Below, one piece after another: positions 60,686-64,000 of a stretch of 64,000 nt of DNA. The notes below the pieces were generated by a model. The model worked only from the letters and a program-made list of their open reading frames with translations. It ran no database searches and was not told the DNA's origin. How positions within the stretch are numbered: the first letter of the stretch is position 1; each line of letters opens with the position of its first letter. The position numbers and the translations under genes were made by a program. This DNA is from Perkinsela sp. CCAP 1560/9 (taxonomy: Eukaryota; Protista; Euglenozoa: Kinetoplastea), in contig CBFFSA010000002.1 of assembly GCA_965644495.1 (NCBI GenBank), forward strand, positions 1,302,001 through 1,366,000. Reading direction: 5' to 3'.

Positions 60686-63595
60686 TCATTCACTTGGTAA
60701 TACAGGATCAATTCGCTTCGGACGATTAATGTGTCCCAATGCCCGGACGGCGCTTTGAGCTTGTTTATGTGCTATTCGACTAGCCGGCTCGTGGATGCGG
60801 CTTTGTCGACCGTCTGACCTGACGTATGATTCTGACGGAAGACTTTCAAAATTTTTCTGCAACAGCTGATCATGACAAGTTACGGATTTGATGTCTCTCG
60901 CATCCAGCAGCTGGCGCAGTAGTTCAAGATCACTTGCGTTGCTTTTATGATTGTCAGCTGCGAGAGGTGTGACATCACGGACAGATACTATGCCGCCGCT
61001 TTGAGAAGAAATATTATCTAATTCGTCGTTGCCCTTTAGTGATTCGCTACACGAATCTATTGTATCGCATCGTGATGTCTCCTCTGCATGAGACATCTTA
61101 AAGTTTTCAAAATTTTGCGATCCAAAACGTCCTTTGCGCAAAATATCCAGAGTTTCATCATAATCTGAGCCCAACGTAAAGTAATCAGAAAGCTGCTGTC
61201 GGTGAATGCCAGTGGTATGAGATTGAACACCAACGTCGGACAAATTGGAGCTCGCCTTATTAACACGTGTCGATTTCAATACCGTTTCAGTTGAACAGAG
61301 TTTCATAATTTGTCGCTCGTAAACTTTTTCTTCAATGGTTCCCGCCGCCAGAAGACGATATATTTCCACATCCTTTTTCTGACCGAGACGCCATACTCTT
61401 TCACGTGCCTGAATATCAATGTGAGGATTCCAATCAGGATCTATGATGACCACTCGACTGCATCCAGTAAAATTAATACCAAGGCCCCCAACACGAGTTG
61501 TTAGGAGACCAATTGTGATACTGGGATCATTATTAAGAGAATCGATCAGTGTACCACGATGTGCAATCGGAGTAAGTCCATCCATACGTATGTAGCCGTA
61601 CCCCTCATACCGGATGCATTGCTCGATTATGTCAAGCATCATACGTGTTTGAGTGTAAATAAGCGTCTTCTCAACACTGGTTAACGCGCTGTCATTTTCG
61701 GATTTGGTATTTGTTGTACCCTCTTCCTTCAGAAACGTAGAGAGTTCATTCGTTTGGCCTGATCTTAGGTTCCATCCCGCCAGCAAAGGCAAAAGCACCC
61801 TGAGTTTACAACTTGATGCTACACAATCATCGTAAAGTTTGCTGTTAACAGGCTTCGAAATATCAGTGATGGGACAAGTGAGAAAACGTTTCCTCTGACG
61901 GGCCGTAATACCGTTACCGCGATCACATAGCCATGGATGGTTGCACAAGTTTCGAAGGTAAGAAATGGCCTGAAACAAAAGTAAGTGTGACGTGTCGTTG
62001 CCTAAACAATTGGAGTGGCGGTCTATTTCTTTGTTAACTGCACGTTGATAGAGCCTCCAACTCATGTTTTCAGACATCAGGAAGCCACTGTACAACCGTA
62101 CTTGCGCAGGGGTAAGCTTCACATAGATCAACTTTTCAGATTTTGCTGTTAGTTGTATGCCAACGTCGTTCTTCAAGCGGCGCAACAGAAACGGTCCAAT
62201 ACGGGCCTTTAATTGCTTGCTGAACGCCAAAGAGGAGTGAACATCCTTGTCGGTAGCACCTTTGTACGAACCCTGCCGGATGGGTTCCTCAAATTGGTTC
62301 ACGAAGGTATCCAAATCCCCTAACAATAGAGGATTCACAAAATTAAAAAGGGACCACAATTCCGATATCTTATTCTGTATCGGTGTGCCGGTAAGTAATA
62401 TCCGATGCGGTGTGCGGAAAGACTTCACGGCTTTCGCTGTTGCGCTTTCCGCATTCCGTATAAAATGACCCTCGTCGAGAATTACGTACCCAATGGACAG
62501 TTTTAAAAGCTGCGGTAAGTAGAGACGAAGGGTGGCATAGGTAGTAAGCAAAATCGTATTTCTACTGGACTGGGATCGTAGTGACTCAATAAATGTCCCA
62601 AGTTTGCCATCTGCTCCGACCTCCGAGGTGCGATGGAGAAGGCGTACGCGCAAGTGAGGGGCCCAATACGACATTTCTTGCATCCACTGGCTCATTATGG
62701 TAGCTGGACAAGCTAGTAAGACATACTCGGCCATTAACTGGGAGTGACCCAAGGAACCCAGAAAGCCAGCCGTGATCACCGTCTTGCCAAGGCCCATCTC
62801 ATCGGCCAGGATGCCGCCAGTGTTCAAAGAGTGTAGTTCCCATAGCCATTGTACCGCAACGCGTTGATAAGGGTACAACAGCGTCCATACACCAGGAGGA
62901 ATGAAGAGCCCTCCAGGAAATGAGACACACTGGGATTTGGCCCGCCCGTCTTTCCATACCTCAGACAAGTTGGTTGGCGAGGAAGGAGACTCACTGGACG
63001 TGTCGTTGTATTCTTGAATCACCTCTTCAAATAGATTATAGAGCTCCTGGTTCCAGATTTCAGAAAGTTCGGTGTCCTTGCGCGTAGATTTCTTTGCTGT
63101 TGCACCTCGTTTATGTATACTGCGAATTGGGCTTTCCCCTATTTCGTTCTTTATGCGATAAGTAGGTATTGATGGTGATTCACTGCGTTCCCGTTTTCCT
63201 TTGCAAGCTAAAGAAGATCTATTTCTAAACCTGGAAGCAGAATGAGAACTGTTACTAAAAATTCGTTCAACTGGCATAGTGGGATTTACTGAAACGTGAC
63301 CAGCGTTGTTTTGACGTCGTAAAATTGGATAACATTCCTCCAGAGTATCTCCGAATTCTGACTGCAGAGATGGTTTTCTGATTCGCGTTGAACGTTCAGC
63401 ATCAACTCCCGGTGATAAACACGTAGATTGGGACAGGACTTTGGGAAATTTTTCGAGCTCTATATGAGACGCCTCTTCATTATCCTTCTGGAGACATGTG
63501 CCGCACTTGCTTTGAAGTTCTAGGGTATTAGAACCCTTCAATAACTCCACTTCCGCATTGTTTTTCTTTGTATGAAGCGACCGTGTGGGTTGCAT
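60686..63595 (-). CDS. SNF2-family ATPase, CSB/ERCC6/Rad26-like
   Basis: LYPYQRVAVQWLWELH...GGILADEMGLGKT, ILDEGHFIRN, LTGTPIQN, LLTTRVGGLGIN, DPDWNP..D.QARERVWRLGQKKDV. Confidence 0.92.
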   Translation of the reverse strand: MQPTRSLHTKKNNAEVELLKGSNTLELQSKCGTCLQKDNEEASHIELEKFPKVLSQSTCLSPGVDAERSTRIRKPSLQSEFGDTLEECYPILRRQNNAGHVSVNPTMPVERIFSNSSHSASRFRNRSSLACKGKRERSESPSIPTYRIKNEIGESPIRSIHKRGATAKKSTRKDTELSEIWNQELYNLFEEVIQEYNDTSSESPSSPTNLSEVWKDGRAKSQCVSFPGGLFIPPGVWTLLYPYQRVAVQWLWELHSLNTGGILADEMGLGKTVITAGFLGSLGHSQLMAEYVLLACPATIMSQWMQEMSYWAPHLRVRLLHRTSEVGADGKLGTFIESLRSQSSRNTILLTTYATLRLYLPQLLKLSIGYVILDEGHFIRNAESATAKAVKSFRTPHRILLTGTPIQNKISELWSLFNFVNPLLLGDLDTFVNQFEEPIRQGSYKGATDKDVHSSLAFSKQLKARIGPFLLRRLKNDVGIQLTAKSEKLIYVKLTPAQVRLYSGFLMSENMSWRLYQRAVNKEIDRHSNCLGNDTSHLLLFQAISYLRNLCNHPWLCDRGNGITARQRKRFLTCPITDISKPVNSKLYDDCVASSCKLRVLLPLLAGWNLRSGQTNELSTFLKEEGTTNTKSENDSALTSVEKTLIYTQTRMMLDIIEQCIRYEGYGYIRMDGLTPIAHRGTLIDSLNNDPSITIGLLTTRVGGLGINFTGCSRVVIIDPDWNPHIDIQARERVWRLGQKKDVEIYRLLAAGTIEEKVYERQIMKLCSTETVLKSTRVNKASSNLSDVGVQSHTTGIHRQQLSDYFTLGSDYDETLDILRKGRFGSQNFENFKMSHAEETSRCDTIDSCSESLKGNDELDNISSQSGGIVSVRDVTPLAADNHKSNASDLELLRQLLDARDIKSVTCHDQLLQKNFESLPSESYVRSDGRQSRIHEPASRIAHKQAQSAVRALGHINRPKRIDPVLPSE

Positions 63596-64000
63596 ATAAG
63601 TAGGATACGAGGGCCAGAAACTATACTACGAATGAATATACGAAACATTTATGGAAAAAACACAGAAACTTCTTACATCTTTTATGGCACTGACTTACTA
63701 TTCCTGGAGTAACGCAACAATAAAACCCATAATGTTCAGTACAGACTATACTACAAGTACTGATTCAATAGATTTCTCCATAAACGTTCGAGGTATGAAC
63801 CTCGGTTGGGATTGAAACAAAATTGAAAACTATTGAAAATAGACCATTGAAGAACCAAAAAATAAAAGCGGATGAATATTTTCTGTGATACTTCTGTGAA
63901 ATGGTATCTGCACACGAAATGTGTCCTTAGTTGGAACAGTTTCATATGAATTACACGTCTGATTATCTTCACAGGAGGACCATTTTTACGCTGCTGTACC

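Noticed and set aside
63655-63675. Additional SL relics upstream of host genes (AGTTTCTGT near CSB; ATTATTGATACAG at ~31918)
   Set aside because: Matches are too short and lack the full core plus TTG end.
63751-64000. Minus-strand open frame at the right edge
   Set aside because: No recognisable motif; cannot distinguish a gene end from chance without flanking sequence.

Overview
Eukaryotic, kinetoplastid-type DNA. About 25 intronless host genes all lie on the minus strand as one directional (polycistronic-style) cluster. Lineage markers are F1-ATPase subunit p18, two GP63/leishmanolysin-family genes, a polymerase-only Pol theta/PolN and a spliced-leader-like core. A Perkinsela-like or other basal kinetoplastid is my inference; I cannot name the species. 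Housekeeping genes include UNC-50, SKP1, RPS2, ALG2, V-ATPase d, a PH-AGC kinase, RRP41, SmD2, an ATP-grasp ligase, LipA, calreticulin, a HIT protein and CSB/Rad26. The gene blocks are separated by five transposon-dense islands (~1-5.6, 13.6-17.6, 26.8-28.5, 36.9-43.3, 47.4-49.5 kb). These hold a Tc1 transposase missed by the ORF track, hAT elements with CATAC-type ends and apparently short TSDs, Merlin remnants, VIPER/TATE-type (DIRS) retroelement relics, a Helitron-like end, a Ulp1-like protease fragment and several MITE families. Best leads: (1) an intact VIPER/DIRS-type RNase H gene with a mitochondrial-type leader and no RT, embedded among host genes; (2) a perfect 24-bp inverted repeat that would bury the Tc1 start codon in read-through transcripts; (3) a spliced-leader exon relic fused to non-SL DNA; (4) recurring C-rich-to-G-rich skew switches in the middle of many genes; (5) a divergent tandem family of three secreted proteins. 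All family assignments come from motifs recognised by eye; no searches were run.
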